Below are positions 39,582-53,012 of a stretch of DNA of 64,000 bases, piece after piece (position 1 is the first letter of the stretch; each line of letters begins with the position of its first letter). The position numbers and the translations under genes are program-made. The notes under the pieces are model-generated. The model made no database searches, was not told where the DNA came from, and worked only from the letters and a program-made list of their open reading frames with translations. The DNA lies in assembly GCA_951406725.2 (NCBI GenBank), contig OX597831.1, positions 30,814,001-30,878,000 of the forward strand, in the 5' to 3' direction. The DNA is from Octopus vulgaris (lineage: Eukaryota).

Positions 39582-40008
39582 GGATCTTTTCGGTTTGAAC
39601 GGCAGTTTTTAAAAATATTTTCCACATAACTAAACACTTCGTATACTGTTAGAACGTGTTTATAAAACATCTTTTTCTCTTGGCTTTATTGAGAAAATTC
39701 TATGGTTTGTAAGATATTTGTTGGTTTATTTTCTTCAATTTCTGCAATTTCAACCAATCAATGACGTCTATTGAGGTGAAAAACATTCTGTGCCGTATGA
39801 ATATGACCCTCGTTTAAGAAACAGATTGGGTTTATTTACATTTGTGAAGAAAAAAAGATACCCTTCTCCCCACCTCTAACCCTAACCCTAACTAACCCTA
39901 ACCCTAAAACAGATTGAAATGCAATAGATCGATTCTAGGGTCATAATTATGGATGACAATTTCATATGACACCGCTAGAAAAAACTGCCGTTTAAACCGA
40001 AAAGATCC
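39582..40008. mobile_element. MITE, 427 bp, 29-bp TIRs, perfect 8-bp TSD (Merlin- or hAT-like)
   Basis: TIR GGATCTTTTCGGTTTRAACGGCAGTTTTT (1 mismatch); TSD CGAGCTGC at 39574-39581 and 40009-40016; (CCCTAA)n at 39876-39907. Confidence 0.93.
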
Positions 40009-40887
40009 CGAGCTGCTTCTTCGAGAAAAATAGAAAAGAAAGAAAGAAAAAATACTTATCCTGACCTGCACCTTGCAATAAATACGGAGACCCCAGACAT
40101 AATCATAAATTAACGGCTAAATTTTAGCTACATATTGTTTCCAATGTGTTCTACTTGGCGAAAGTGTGTTTAATGTAGCTACTATAATAGTTTTGAGTAT
40201 AAACGAATTTCACAAGTCAGTCAAGACTAAGAATATAATTTTAAAACGGGAATCTGATCTCATGTCTATTACATTCCAGGAGACTGTGTTACTGGCTAAA
40301 CATAGTTGCTGTCGTTTCTCAGACAAATTAAGACTTAGATATTTCAGTTGTGTATAGTTACATTTCAAGCCCTGAAAATACAATTTTTATTACACAGGCA
40401 ATTCAGCCCCTTACAAACAAGCTATTCTGTTTCTGTGTTGGTGTTTATGAGCTTAATTAAACCCCCAAAATATCCATAATTATAAATGCACAGATAAAGA
40501 TTAAATATATCATATGTAAGATATCGTTAGCACTAATCCGAGAGAGAGGGTGGAGAGAGAGGGGGGAGACAGGGAGGGGGAGACAGGGTGAAGAGAGGGG
40601 GGGTGAAGTCTTAAAACGTTTAATGCCCAATTTAACAAAAACAGGCGGGAAGTGCTTTGTGTTGCAAACAGTAACGTAATTGTCAGGAACGGTAAAGAAA
40701 GGAAATTTGAATTCGGTTGCAAGGTCTGACTATTTTTCTTTCAGATTGATACTCAAGATAACGTGAGTGTGTGCTCGCGCATGCGCGTCACGCTTGCTAA
40801 TATCCTTTTTTCTTCCGTCGAGGGTTTATGCGTCCCAGTATTAGACTATTTTCGATAGCCAATATACGGTGAACGCTTATTTACAGA

Positions 40888-40976
<89 letters not shown>

Positions 40977-40983
<7 letters not shown>

Positions 40984-41295
40984 CGCAATGGCCCAGTGGT
41001 TAGGCCAGCGGACTCGCGGTCGGAGGATCGCGGTTTCGATCCCCATACCGGGCGTTGTGTGTGTTTATTGAGCAAAAACACCTAAAAGCTCCACGAGGTT
41101 CCGGCAGGGGGGGGTGGCGACCCCTGTTGTACTCCTTCACCACAGCTTTCTCTCATTCTCTCTCTTCCTGTTTCTTGAGTAACGCTGTGATGGACTGGCA
41201 TCCCGTTCAGCTGGGGGGAACACATACGCCACAGAAACCGGGAAACCGGGCCCATGAGCCTGGCTAGGCTTGAAAAAGGGCAACGTTTATCGTTT

Positions 41296-41296
<1 letters not shown>
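40977..41296 (+). mobile_element. SINE-C2 inserted in (GT)n
   Basis: First ~190 bp as C1, then tail GCTGTGATGGACTGGCATCCCGTTCAG...CAGAAACCGGGAAACCGGGCCCATGAGCC. Confidence 0.9.
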
Positions 41297-41341
<45 letters not shown>

Positions 41342-41634
41342 CAGCGGGGTGGGGCTTCAAAAGTAGGTATACGGGTATGAAAAAGAAAAGACGTACAATA
41401 CCCATTTATTTTTTATTAAAAACATTAAAAGTTACGATAAAAGTATCATTATAGTTATGATAAATGTATTATTATGATTAATGACACTGAAAATATCAAA
41501 AATGAATTTAACTAATCGCTTTCGTGCGATTATACCATGGCATCATGGCATTATTTTAAAAGAAAGCTAAAAATATATTTCTAGACAAAATGTATAACGT
41601 AAGTAATTAAGTAATTTCATCGTTACTTTAATAA

Positions 41635-42024
41635 GAGAGGAGGAAGCACTCCGTCGGTTACGACGACGAGGGTTCCGGTTGATCCGATCAACGGAACAGC
41701 CTGCTCGTGAAATTAACGTGTAAGTGGCTGAGCACTCCACAGACACGTGTACCCTTAACGTAGTTCTTGGGGATATTCAGCGTGACACAGAGAGTGACAA
41801 GGCCGGCCCTTTGAAATACAGGTACAACAGAAACAGGAAGTAAGAGTGAGAGAAAGTTGTGGTGAAAGAGTACAGCAAGAATCACCACCATCCCCTGCCG
41901 GAGCCTCGTGGAGCTTTAGGTGTTTTCGCTCAATAAACACTCACAACGCCCGGTCTGGGAATCGAAACTGCGATCCTATGACCGCGAATCCGCTGCCCTA
42001 ACCACTGGGCCATTGCGCCTCCAC
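41635..42024 (-). mobile_element. SINE-C1 with 11-bp TSD
   Basis: TSD TACTTTAATAA at 41624-41634 and 42025-42035. Confidence 0.93.
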
Positions 42025-42083
42025 TACTTTAATAAACCGGAGTGAGAGCGAAAGACAAAAAACATACCAGACCAGTGAGTAAT

Positions 42084-42530
42084 GACAGGTTTCAGCTGTG
42101 ACCATTGAACAACTGATCATTGGTCTACAAAAGCATGTATGTACGTCACCTATTCAGAGACGGAGAGTATTAATCCGAAACAGTGATACAGTTATAAATC
42201 TGATATGACTGGATTAGGGGCAGATCTTTTTAGTGGAAAGAAGATCAAGTACAAATCAAAAGAAAAAAAATGAATTTATTCTTATGAATATTCACAAACG
42301 ATAATAATTATAACTAGCGGGTTCTTTTGGTGTTTCTTGGAAGGTTTTTTGCGTATATTGACATTATCAACATGCTGACAACATGTATGGTCTACAAAGT
42401 CAATGGACTGTGGCTTTGTAGTCAAGGAAATCATTGAATCAGTATGAGGTTCCCTTTCTCATTTATCGTCTTCATATTCACCAATTCTCGACGTTTCTTG
42501 TGTATACAATAGCATAAATTTAGTTTCAGT
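42084..42530 (-). pseudogene. Possible Penelope-like GIY-YIG relic followed by a degenerate hammerhead
   Basis: IYAIVYTRNVE/IGE resembles IY.I.C..C...YIGE; downstream CCAATGA-TC-AGTTGT...ACAGCT-GAAACCTGTC. Confidence 0.3.
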
Positions 42531-43671
42531 TATTTTCCTTATGCTTATACACTGTAGACTTGCCTTCTAAGCATATAGTCCCAAGTTATTTCGTTATGTA
42601 TGTGTATATGTGTATTTATGTATTTATATAGCAAAACATATGATATTTAGTTACATCATCTTACGTACATTTCATTAATAAAAAAATTATCATTAGCTAC
42701 ATTATGTAGATCACATAATCGAAATGCATTATCAAATCATCAAAGACCTACTGGTCGTTACCCCCATGATGGTAACTCCTGTCCCTGAATTAATAATAGA
42801 TTAATATTACCTATAAAGGATACTCGTCCCTGAAGATTTGACATTTAATTACGCAATTTGCAATACGTAGCTTATAGGCATTTTTGCTAATGAAACATGA
42901 TTAACATTATGGCTTAGGTAAATATCTCGTAAACACTCTCTCTTGCTTTATTCTCTACGTGTACTCTACAACGTACCCAACGTCTGGATCTTTACCAAAT
43001 GAGAAGAATAACACGAATATGAACAACCATGGAGCTTGTAACTACTAGTTATTTGTAGTACAATTTTTTATTTTAAAATACACTCTCTTTGCCACTCTCT
43101 CTCATTATATATATATTTATGCATGTGTGTGTGTGTGCGTGAACGTGTCTGTATAGTTATATATAGGCATATATGTACATATATACATATATGTATGTAT
43201 CTCTCTCCCTCTGTATCTATCCATCTATCTACCTATCTATAGCTTACCTATCTATGTATATCGACTAACTCTGAAGAGCGTAGGGTTATATAATCGGATT
43301 GTTACCTAACACTCCATTGTACTCCTAGTGGTAAGACCGGCCATGATGGATATATAAATCTGTATAATTCGGATAATATATATATAGAGAGAGAGAGGGC
43401 ATTACATTACCCATTATTCAAATTCTTTGAATAATCTACAACTTAGAACTTTGTGTTACGATTTGAAGCTTCACATACTAAAATGTAAAATGTACTCACT
43501 CTGCTTTATGTCTGAAGTAGATTTCTCTTCACCGCTAAAACCAACAACGTTCACTAATCCATATATGTATGTACACACACGCACACACATATACACACAT
43601 ATATACGTATATATATACACACACACACACATATATACATATACACACACTCACACACACACACATATATA

Positions 43672-43944
<273 letters not shown>

Positions 43945-44370
43945 GCATACGTATGTGCGCGAAGGCGTACGAGTAAGTGCTTGCATGTGTATGTGCGTTT
44001 GAACCGTAGACTTGTCTGAATCGATTATAATATTTATTAATATACACGAACGATGGTAGATACATTTGTGTATTCTAATAAGTTTCATAATATAATAAGA
44101 GTCACGTAGAACAAGAGTTGTGTAAAATCATACTTATTGTCCAAAGGTGACTATTTCCATTGACTTTTTATATTCAAATTTTGTCTCAGCTCTCACAAAG
44201 AATTTAATAATAATATCTATTTATTATGTAAATAAGAAACTAATTTCATTCGATTTGGTCTTTTCCCAGCCAAACATTTCTGGCTTGAGTAACAGTGTCA
44301 CGAATTTTGTAGGCCAGTATGATTCATTTAATCACGCTCAATATTTGAATGATACTTATATTATCGACCT

Positions 44371-44790
44371 CAAAGTAGTGTGCTGGCAGAATCGTTAGCA
44401 CGCCCGGGGAAATGCATACCGGTATTTCGTCTACCGCTACGTTCTGAGTTCAAATTCCGCCGAGGTCGACTTTGCCTTTCATCCTTTCGGGGTCGATTAA
44501 ATAAGTATCAGTCACACACTGGGGTCGATATAATCGACTTAATCTGTTTGTCTGTCTTGTTTGTCCTCTCTGTGTTTAGCCCCTTGTGGGTAGTAAAGAA
44601 ATAGGTATTTCGTCTACCGCTACGTTCTGAGTTCAAATTCTGCCGAGGTCGACTTCGCCTTTCATCCTTTCGGGGTCGATTAAATAAGTACCAGTTACGC
44701 ACTGGGGTCGATGTAATCGACTTAATCCGTTTGTCTGTCCTTGTTTGACCCCCCTCTGTGTTTAGCCCCTTGTGGGCAATAAAGAAATAA
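44371..44790 (+). mobile_element. SINE-B dimer (head + 2 x ~183-bp units) with 13-bp TSD
   Basis: Units start at 44421 and 44604; TSD ATATTATCGACCT at 44358-44370 and 44791-44803. Confidence 0.95.
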
Positions 44791-44862
44791 ATATTATCGA
44801 CCTAAGAAGGATGAAAATTGTAGTCGGTTAAGGATGTTGAACTCATGATCGTAAGATAGTGC

Positions 44863-45788
44863 GATAAATTTTTATATTAACACCCGCACGAAAAAAAAAA
44901 CCAAAAAAACTCGGATCTTTTACTTGGAATCAAGTATCCTGACCTCCTAAAAGGGTAAAGACCCCTTTCGGTCATGAATGACCATGGGATTGCACCTAGA
45001 AAGTTACCCTCCTAGACGCAAGTCCGGGCAAGGTTGTTTATGGAAGGCCAGCAGTCGCCCATGCATACCACCAGCCTCCCCTCTCCACGCCACCAGTGTT
45101 ATCCAAGGGAAAGACAAAGGTCCATACAGCTTGGCACCAGTGACGCCGCAACTCATTTCTACAGCTGAGTGAACTGGAGCAACGTGAAATAAAGTGCTTT
45201 GCTCAAGAACACAACACGCAGCCCGGTCCGGGATTCGAGCTCACAACCTCACGATCGTAAGCTCGACGCTCTAACCACTGAGCTATGCGCCTTCACAAGC
45301 CATGCTGCAAATCCCTTATTTTGGTTCGGAAAAGGTGGCGGGGGCGAGGTGGGATATCTTTAATAACGAACCATGTAATTCACACTCTGGAAAATTTATT
45401 TCTGTAATTTTTTTTTCTTAAACACACAAGATATAGTCTATAAATTTAGGATGATTTTGAAAGATACTATATTTTATCATCAGAATATATATACTTTCTG
45501 ACGCAACAATTAAGATGAATTTATTTTAAATCGTTCATTTTTCTCCCACCCGCAGCCCCCCACCACAAAAATTAGCTTTGGTGCGACTTTTTTTTTCTCA
45601 GTGAAAATTGTGCGGGTGGGGGTGAAATTTCCGAGGCTTCCACCACACCCCACCCCGTTTTTCGGACCCCAAAACGGGTTTTGTAGCATATTAGGTCACA
45701 GGAATTCATTCAACAAAAAAAAAAAAAAAAATCCGAGTTTTTTTTTTACTTAGTGAAAATCGTGCGGGTGTTAATATAAAAATTTACC
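44863..45788. mobile_element. MITE with long TIRs and degenerate 8-bp TSD, Merlin-like
   Basis: Ends GRTAAATTTTTATATTAACACCCGCACG inverted; weaker inverted similarity continues for >100 bp; TSD GATAGTGC / GATTGCGC (6 of 8). Confidence 0.85.
44951..45296 (-). mobile_element. SINE-D nested in the left TIR of the MITE
   Basis: Homologous to 21544-21888; B box GCTCGAATCCC. Confidence 0.92.
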
Positions 45789-45980
45789 GATTGCGCTTTC
45801 GATTCGAGGACCGGGTGACGTGTTGTGTTCTTCGGCAAGTTACTTCATTTCATGTTGCTCCAGTTTTCTCAGCAGGCTAAAATGAGTAATCCTGCGACGG
45901 ACTGGCTGGCATCCTGACCAGCGAGGGGGGGGGGCGGATTTATGCGCCACAGAAACAGGCCCTACCAGTCTATACGACTC
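45789..45980 (+). mobile_element. Old CORE-like SINE with C2-type tail; its head continues at ~44820-44862
   Basis: TTTCGATTCGAGGACCGGG...GTGTTCTTCGGCAAGTTACTTCATTTCATGTTGCTCCAG...CCTGCGACGGACTGGC...GCCACAGAAAC. Confidence 0.7.
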
Positions 45981-46539
45981 CAGGCTCTGTCTTTAAGCAC
46001 TGGGTACCTTTTTACCTCACATTTTCTCAAATACATGTGAGTTTATCTAAATGTGCGTATGTGCGTGTATGCAAATATGTGTGCGTGTCTATGCATGTAT
46101 ATGTGTGTGTTTGCGTGTGTGTGTGTATGTGTGTGTGTGTGTTTGTGTGTGTATGTGTGTGTGTGACATGCAAGAGATAACAGCGTAATGTGTTCTACAG
46201 CTGCCCTTTCTGATGTAGTCAACCAAGTGTTGCACACACAGATTTCAACATGTACACGCGCACGCGCGCGGGAAACATGCATAATGTCCCACTTTATATA
46301 TAAATAGACACATACATATACATCTCCACCACCACCACCAACAACAACAACAACAGCAATAACTGCAACAAGGAGTATCATCAGGGCGCTACCCACTCTT
46401 AAAACTTGTTACCATTAAAGAGGCTATATTGTACCCTGATACCCGATCTGGGGATGGCGGTAGAGGAAGACTACACGCCCGCTACTCCCGTCTCTGCTTC
46501 AATCTAGAAAACACCACACACCTATCACTGCTGTGTTAT

Positions 46540-46575
46540 CCGCATCCTCCTCATCATCATCATTGCTATCATCAT

Positions 46576-46606
<31 letters not shown>

Positions 46607-46970
46607 AGCAGCAACAACAAGGTCGGTAGCATCAACAAAACACGACACTTACCTATATCAGCCACACCCCAAATCATCACTCCTCCACCCCAACTCCTCT
46701 AATATCCATCTCGGCCTTCTCCTCCTCCTCCTCCTCTTCCTCCTCCTCTTCATCATGAACGTGAACTTCATCATCTCCATCATTTAACATCGCCTCCACC
46801 ATCATCGTTACCACAGTTGTTATCATTTCATCAACTAGTAACTCGCCAGCCACACCTTTTCAAACCCTCATCATCATCATCATCATCATCATCACTTTCA
46901 TTATCACCACCATCATCATCAATAAGCTACTACTCATCCTCATCTTTAATATCAACATCATTGCTATCAT

Positions 46971-47020
<50 letters not shown>

Positions 47021-47140
47021 CTTTCTCTTTCTCAGCCTCCTCTTCTTTATCGCTACCATCATCGTCATCCTCTTCTTCATCATCATCGTCGTCACCCTCC
47101 TCCTCATCATCATCGTCGTCGTCATCATCATCATCATTCA
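46540..47140. repeat. (CAT/CAG/CCT)-derived low-complexity tract
   Basis: Direct reading. Confidence 0.85.
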
Positions 47141-47412
47141 CACATCTCTCTCACGTACCCCTCCAATAACCACATTCCTGTGCCAACTCCTTGCTCCCCA
47201 CCCATACCTCTCTCATATGCCTTAACCTTCCCTTTCCGCTTTCTGACACTGAATCGTGGTCCCAATAGTAAGGATGTTGTTTGTAGTAGTTGTAGTGATG
47301 ATGGTATTAACAGCTGTTGTTTTTTAGCCCTTGGTCTGCCATCATCAGAATGTCATATGACGAAACGCACTCTACCAATCATGAATTTGTCTGTTTCTCG
47401 GGAAGTTAACCA

Positions 47413-47815
47413 AGGCGTATGAGTGGCTGTGTGGTAAGTAGCTTGCTTACCAACCACATGGTTCCGGGTTCAGTCCCACTGCGTGGCACCTTGGGCAAGT
47501 GTCTTCTACTATAGCCTCGGGCCGACCAAAGCATTGTGAGTGGATTTGGTAGACGGAAACTGAAAGAAGCCTGTCGTATATATGTATATATATATGTATG
47601 TGTGTATGTGTTTGTGTGTCTGTGTTTGTCCCCCCACCACCAACATCGCTTGACAACCGATGCTGGTGTGTTTATGTCCCCGTAACTTAGCGGTTCGGTG
47701 AAAGAGACCGACAGAATAAGTACTAGGTTTCCAAAGAATAAGTCCTGTGGTCGATTTGCTCCAGCATGGCCACAGTCAAAAGAATGAAACAAGTAAAAGA
47801 GTAAAAGAGAGTAAA
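47413..47815 (+). mobile_element. SINE-A, full length
   Basis: Collinear with other A copies. Confidence 0.92.
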
Positions 47816-48311
47816 GGAATATTTTTTCAACTTGTTCTTTTCAAGGAGGAATGTTTTGTTGCACTTTCTAGCAGACAGACTCATTGCGTGGCGGTTCCTC
47901 TGTGCGTTGCTTTACATCAAAGGTGTGATAGTGAAAGTGGTGGCGGTGGTGGGATGACATGATGGCAATAGAGCATATTGAGGGTACTAGAGTGACAGCA
48001 GCTGGGATCGAAATAAAATATTTTGATGGGCTTATTAAGGCGGTGGTGGTAGGTGGAGTGCTGTTTGTAGTTGCGGTGGTGGTAGTGGCAGGATAACTAG
48101 TTGGTAGCAGTAATGGTGTTAGAGGTGGTAGAGATGGAGATGATAGTATTGATGGAGGTGGTGGTGACATTGACGATGATGGAGCGGTTCTTGTACCAAA
48201 AAGGAAGCAGATGCGGCAACGGTGATGGTAATACTACGTGTGTTTGAAAAAAAATGTGTTGGGTTCGTAAATTATGTTGGTTCCACTCTGACCAACCAAA
48301 CCCCTAAATTT

Positions 48312-48909
48312 ATATCTTTATTGCACACAGTGGACTAAACATAGAGGGGACAAACAAGAACAGACAAAGTGTTTAAGTCGATTACATCGACCCCAGTGCG
48401 TAACTGGTACTTATTTAATCGACCCCGAAAGGATGAAAGGCAAAGTCGACCCAGGCGGAGTTTGAACTCAGAACGTAACGGAAGACGAAATACCTATTTC
48501 TTTACTACCCACAAGGGGCTAAACACAGAGAAGACAAACAAGGACTGACAAACGGATTAAGTCTATTATATCGACCCCAGTGCGCAACTGGTACTTATTC
48601 AATCGACCCCGAAAAGATTAAAGGTAAAGTCGACCTAGGCAGAGTTTGAACTCAGAACGTAACGGAAGACGAAATACCTATTTCTTTACTACCCACAAGG
48701 GGCTAAACACAGAGAGGACAAACAAGACAGACAAACGGATTAAGTCGATTATATCGACACCAGTGCGCAACTGATACTTATTCAATCGACCCCGAAAGGA
48801 TGAAAGGCAAAGTCGACCTCGGCGGAATTTGAACTCAGAATGTAGCAGCACACGAAATACCGCTAAGCATTTTGCCGGATGTACTAACGATTCTGCCAGC
48901 TTACCACCC
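48312..48909 (-). mobile_element. SINE-B trimer (head + 3 x 183-184 bp units)
   Basis: (G/C)ACGAAATACC recurs at 48484, 48668 and 48851. Confidence 0.95.
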
Positions 48910-49479
48910 TATTCCTATATTAAAGACACTTCGGTTGAGGACATCCTATCTGTTTTATACGAACGGAATCCAAAACCCCATGAAACAGCGAGGCTTTCCC
49001 TGTGACAGTAAGGTGTAACTTGAGTGAGATTTAGCAGCTATTTCTTGCATGTGAGGCGACCACGTAAGGGCTCCCTCGTTAGCTGGTGTGGGAGCAAGTA
49101 GGTTAATTATGATTGTGACTCCATTACATTTCTACACAAATAGAGCTGAAATGTAAACATAGAAGGGGCTGGAGTATCAAATGTATTGATGGGGAAAATG
49201 TTAGAAACTGGATGCGTCGTCTATTGGGACTAAATTAAAAATGCAGTTAGGTAATATAGGTGGAAGAGGATGTGTTCAGATGTACGACTTCCATGCTCAG
49301 CTTCAAGCGGGGCTTGTTGCGTCACTGTTTGTCCCTAGTTTACTCTTTCCTTATGTTTTGTGTGTCACCTCACCCTTCTCTCCTTATATATATATATATT
49401 ATGTTAAATTAGAGATAAAACCACTATTAGGCAAATCAAATTAAATCTAATTTTTCCCTGTAAGTTTGGATTTATTCCC

Positions 49480-49554
<75 letters not shown>

Positions 49555-49597
49555 AAACTGAAAGAAGCACGTCATATATATATATATATATATATAT

Positions 49598-49892
<295 letters not shown>

Positions 49893-50279
49893 ATAGATAT
49901 ACAAATATCTAATACGTTTGAATAGATGCATGCATATGGAGGGAGAGAGAGAGAGAGAGAAAGATAATTGATATTTACACGCACTTTGTTTATAGTAGTG
50001 AACACACACACACACATACACATGTATATACACATACGTAATTATGCATTACATATCTTCGTGTGTTCATGTGCACGTGCACATATGTATGTGCTTATTC
50101 AGATGTAAGGTAAACAAAATTACAGTCAAAATCGCAGTTCTACTTCCATGCTGTGAATTAATTGTGTGCATCAGTAAATTGAGAATAAATGACTAATAAT
50201 GTTTAAAATTATGTTTTCAAATCCTATCTCGTTCTTGTCGTCACTTGCTATTTTGAAGTACTTGGGAAAGAATTAGAAT

Positions 50280-50830
50280 ATATGGTGGCAGATCGGAATG
50301 AACTCTTTCACTTAGCTTACAATTGGAAGGGAAGGATGTGATATGAAGCTTTTCTGTAAAACGAAGTTACAGCATTTCGATGAATTACTAAATGCACCTG
50401 CTACTTTTTATGCTTACAGTTTACATAACATTTCTTGATTTCTAACTATAATTCGAAAGTTCCGAAATGGTTCCTAAGTGTCAATGACGAAATGATATGT
50501 TGATCTGGTGCAGATGGGTTTTGTATGAGAGCATTATGAACAATTTATAGGTTGATGTAATGTCATCGGAACGGCAAAGAAAGTTGTTTTCTATGCATTT
50601 GCCCTATTCGTTTCTTTGCAATAGCTAGCATTATTAATTTTAAAGGAATTTGATTTTGTCTAGTTGTTCATCAGTTATATTTTCTTCTTATTTTATATCT
50701 GGTGTCAATTGTGGCCGATATGGGATCATTTTGCTTGATTAAGAGAAAAAATATTTCATAATATGCTTTTAAATTAATATTATATGGTGGGTTATACCAT
50801 ATAATTTTACTAATCTTAGAAGTTTTAGTA
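50280..50830 (-). pseudogene. Penelope-like element (Naiad-type) linker and GIY-YIG relic
   Basis: KISKIIWYNPPYNINLK (cf. IIWFNPP), GKCIENN, AFSNSSKCCNF/TEKLHI (cf. CNLCLTEK). Confidence 0.7.
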
Positions 50831-52183
50831 TGGTTACTAGTTGTTGTGGCGTGTATTTTATTCCTTCCTAACATCTCATTGTTAACGATGGTTTCACTGA
50901 AAGATAATGTATTTATCCCTTTCCTTATGGTTGTGGACAAAAGGTTGTCGACGTACTGTCACCTTTATAGCCACACTAGTCCAACCCTAAACAAAAGAAA
51001 ACTATTTGCACCTGCCTAAATCTTCCTTATGAACTTCGAAACTGACCCATCTGAAGGTTAATGGATTACAACTGAGTGCAAAAAAACCTTTCGATCATTT
51101 CAAGATATAGTGAAAGTCATGATTAATCACTTTCCAATCAGCTCATATGTACAGTTCATTGAACTGATCCGTAGCTGGGACTTCTATTCCTCCTTATCTT
51201 ACATTTGACATACATATCGAGATATATCTGTGTGTGTGCATGTGTATGTGTGTGTGTGCCTGTGAGCGTGCGTTCATGATTGTGCCTGTGTTAGGAATGT
51301 ATGCGTATGACTCTACACTTCTTTAAAACCGGAGTTGATCGAGCATTATTATGTTTTTGTGCAACAAATTACGAAATTCTTGCTCCCTTCCTTAATATAC
51401 ATACACACATCTTTATATATATATACATATATATGTGTGTGAGTGTGTATGTATAAACATATATATATACATGTAAATATGTATATGTGTGTGTGTTTAT
51501 GTTTGATAAATAGGTAGGTGTATGCGTACGCGCCTGTGTGTGTATGTGTATGTATACATGTTTGTATATAGAACTCTACTTAACCAATCAATAAATCAGT
51601 CACCAAAATAAACAGGCAAGAAGCAAAGAAATGGCAAAGCATAAGGAAATCGTTGGAGCCTAATTTTTGATTGTTTGATAAGTGGGATGGGTGAGGAAGG
51701 GCGACGAAGATGCACAACATATTCGATGACATACATACATACAATGATATAAATATATTTATCATATGTATTAGACTATATAATTGTGTACATATATACT
51801 TATACATATATAGAATTCATGTATACATATATATATATATATATATAAAGATATATGCACACATCCGTATGCAAACAGACAAACACACATATATACACAT
51901 ACATACATGCATAATACATACTCACATACAATGATATATATATATTTATCATATATATACAGTATACACGTATATAACTGTGTACATATATACTTATATA
52001 TATATATATATATATATATAAAGTTCATGTTCATGTATATATATATAGTGTATACACACACACACACACATATATATATATATGATTAGTGTGTATATAT
52101 ATATATACGCACACACATCCGTATGCAGACAGACACACATATACACATACATACTTACATACATACATACACATGTACATATA

Positions 52184-52235
<52 letters not shown>

Positions 52236-52964
52236 CATACACAAACCTATCTATGTGCGTATATAATTGATCACGTTGTACTTGCATCTCGGCCATCATT
52301 TCCAACACATCCGTTTCATCAAACAATCAAAAATTAGGCATCGCTGTTTTTCTTAACGTTAACTATTTGTTTACTTGTTTGTTTAGGTGATTGATTCATT
52401 GATTACTGTCGTTAGAAAATCAATTTTTATGATAAATGGTTGCTCAGCAAATATTTTTGCGCGAATTTATGTTGTAGTTTTGTTCCAAATGAACCCAGTA
52501 TGAAAATGAAAATGACTTAAGTCATAACCCAAGGTAATCCTACCGTGACAACCCATCAGGTCTTTCATTTTTTTGTTGTTGTTGTTTAAAAACTCGTTAT
52601 ATTGTTCATGAATATATGTGTATGTGCCTTTATATATACATATAAACATGCACCACTCCATATATAAATTCTGCAATGGTGACGAGAACTACAGCACGAA
52701 AGCGAAGTAAAAAAAAAAAAACAACAGAAAAGAAAACACTGTTTTGGTATGTTGGTACCAGACTGACGTTCAGGAAATTGGAGAGAAAACAACGAAGGAA
52801 ATATCTTTAACGTTTGGCGTATACATGCTTCTTCTGAACGATAAGTATATTGATTGAAAGAAAGCAACGGAGAAGAAAAATTTGAAAAAAATATTATATA
52901 GACATAGATAGATAGATACGGTTATATATTCATATATATATATATATATGTGTGTGTGTGCGTG

Positions 52965-53012
<48 letters not shown>

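Noticed and set aside
39876-39907. Chromosome end or telomere fusion
   Set aside because: Only about five units, enclosed within a MITE with TIRs and a TSD.
40977-41055. tRNA-like sequences with A and B boxes (also in A, B and D heads)
   Set aside because: No proper acceptor stem, and each continues into a SINE body, often with TSDs; not tRNA genes.
48312-48909. Regularly spaced repeats as a possible CRISPR array (also 24615-24895)
   Set aside because: Whole units are repeated with no unique spacers, there are no cas genes, and the context is eukaryotic.
51720-52260. Apparent internal duplication within TA/CA-rich sequence (similar case at 8620-8890)
   Set aside because: Real, but consistent with ordinary slippage in compound microsatellites; no further signal.
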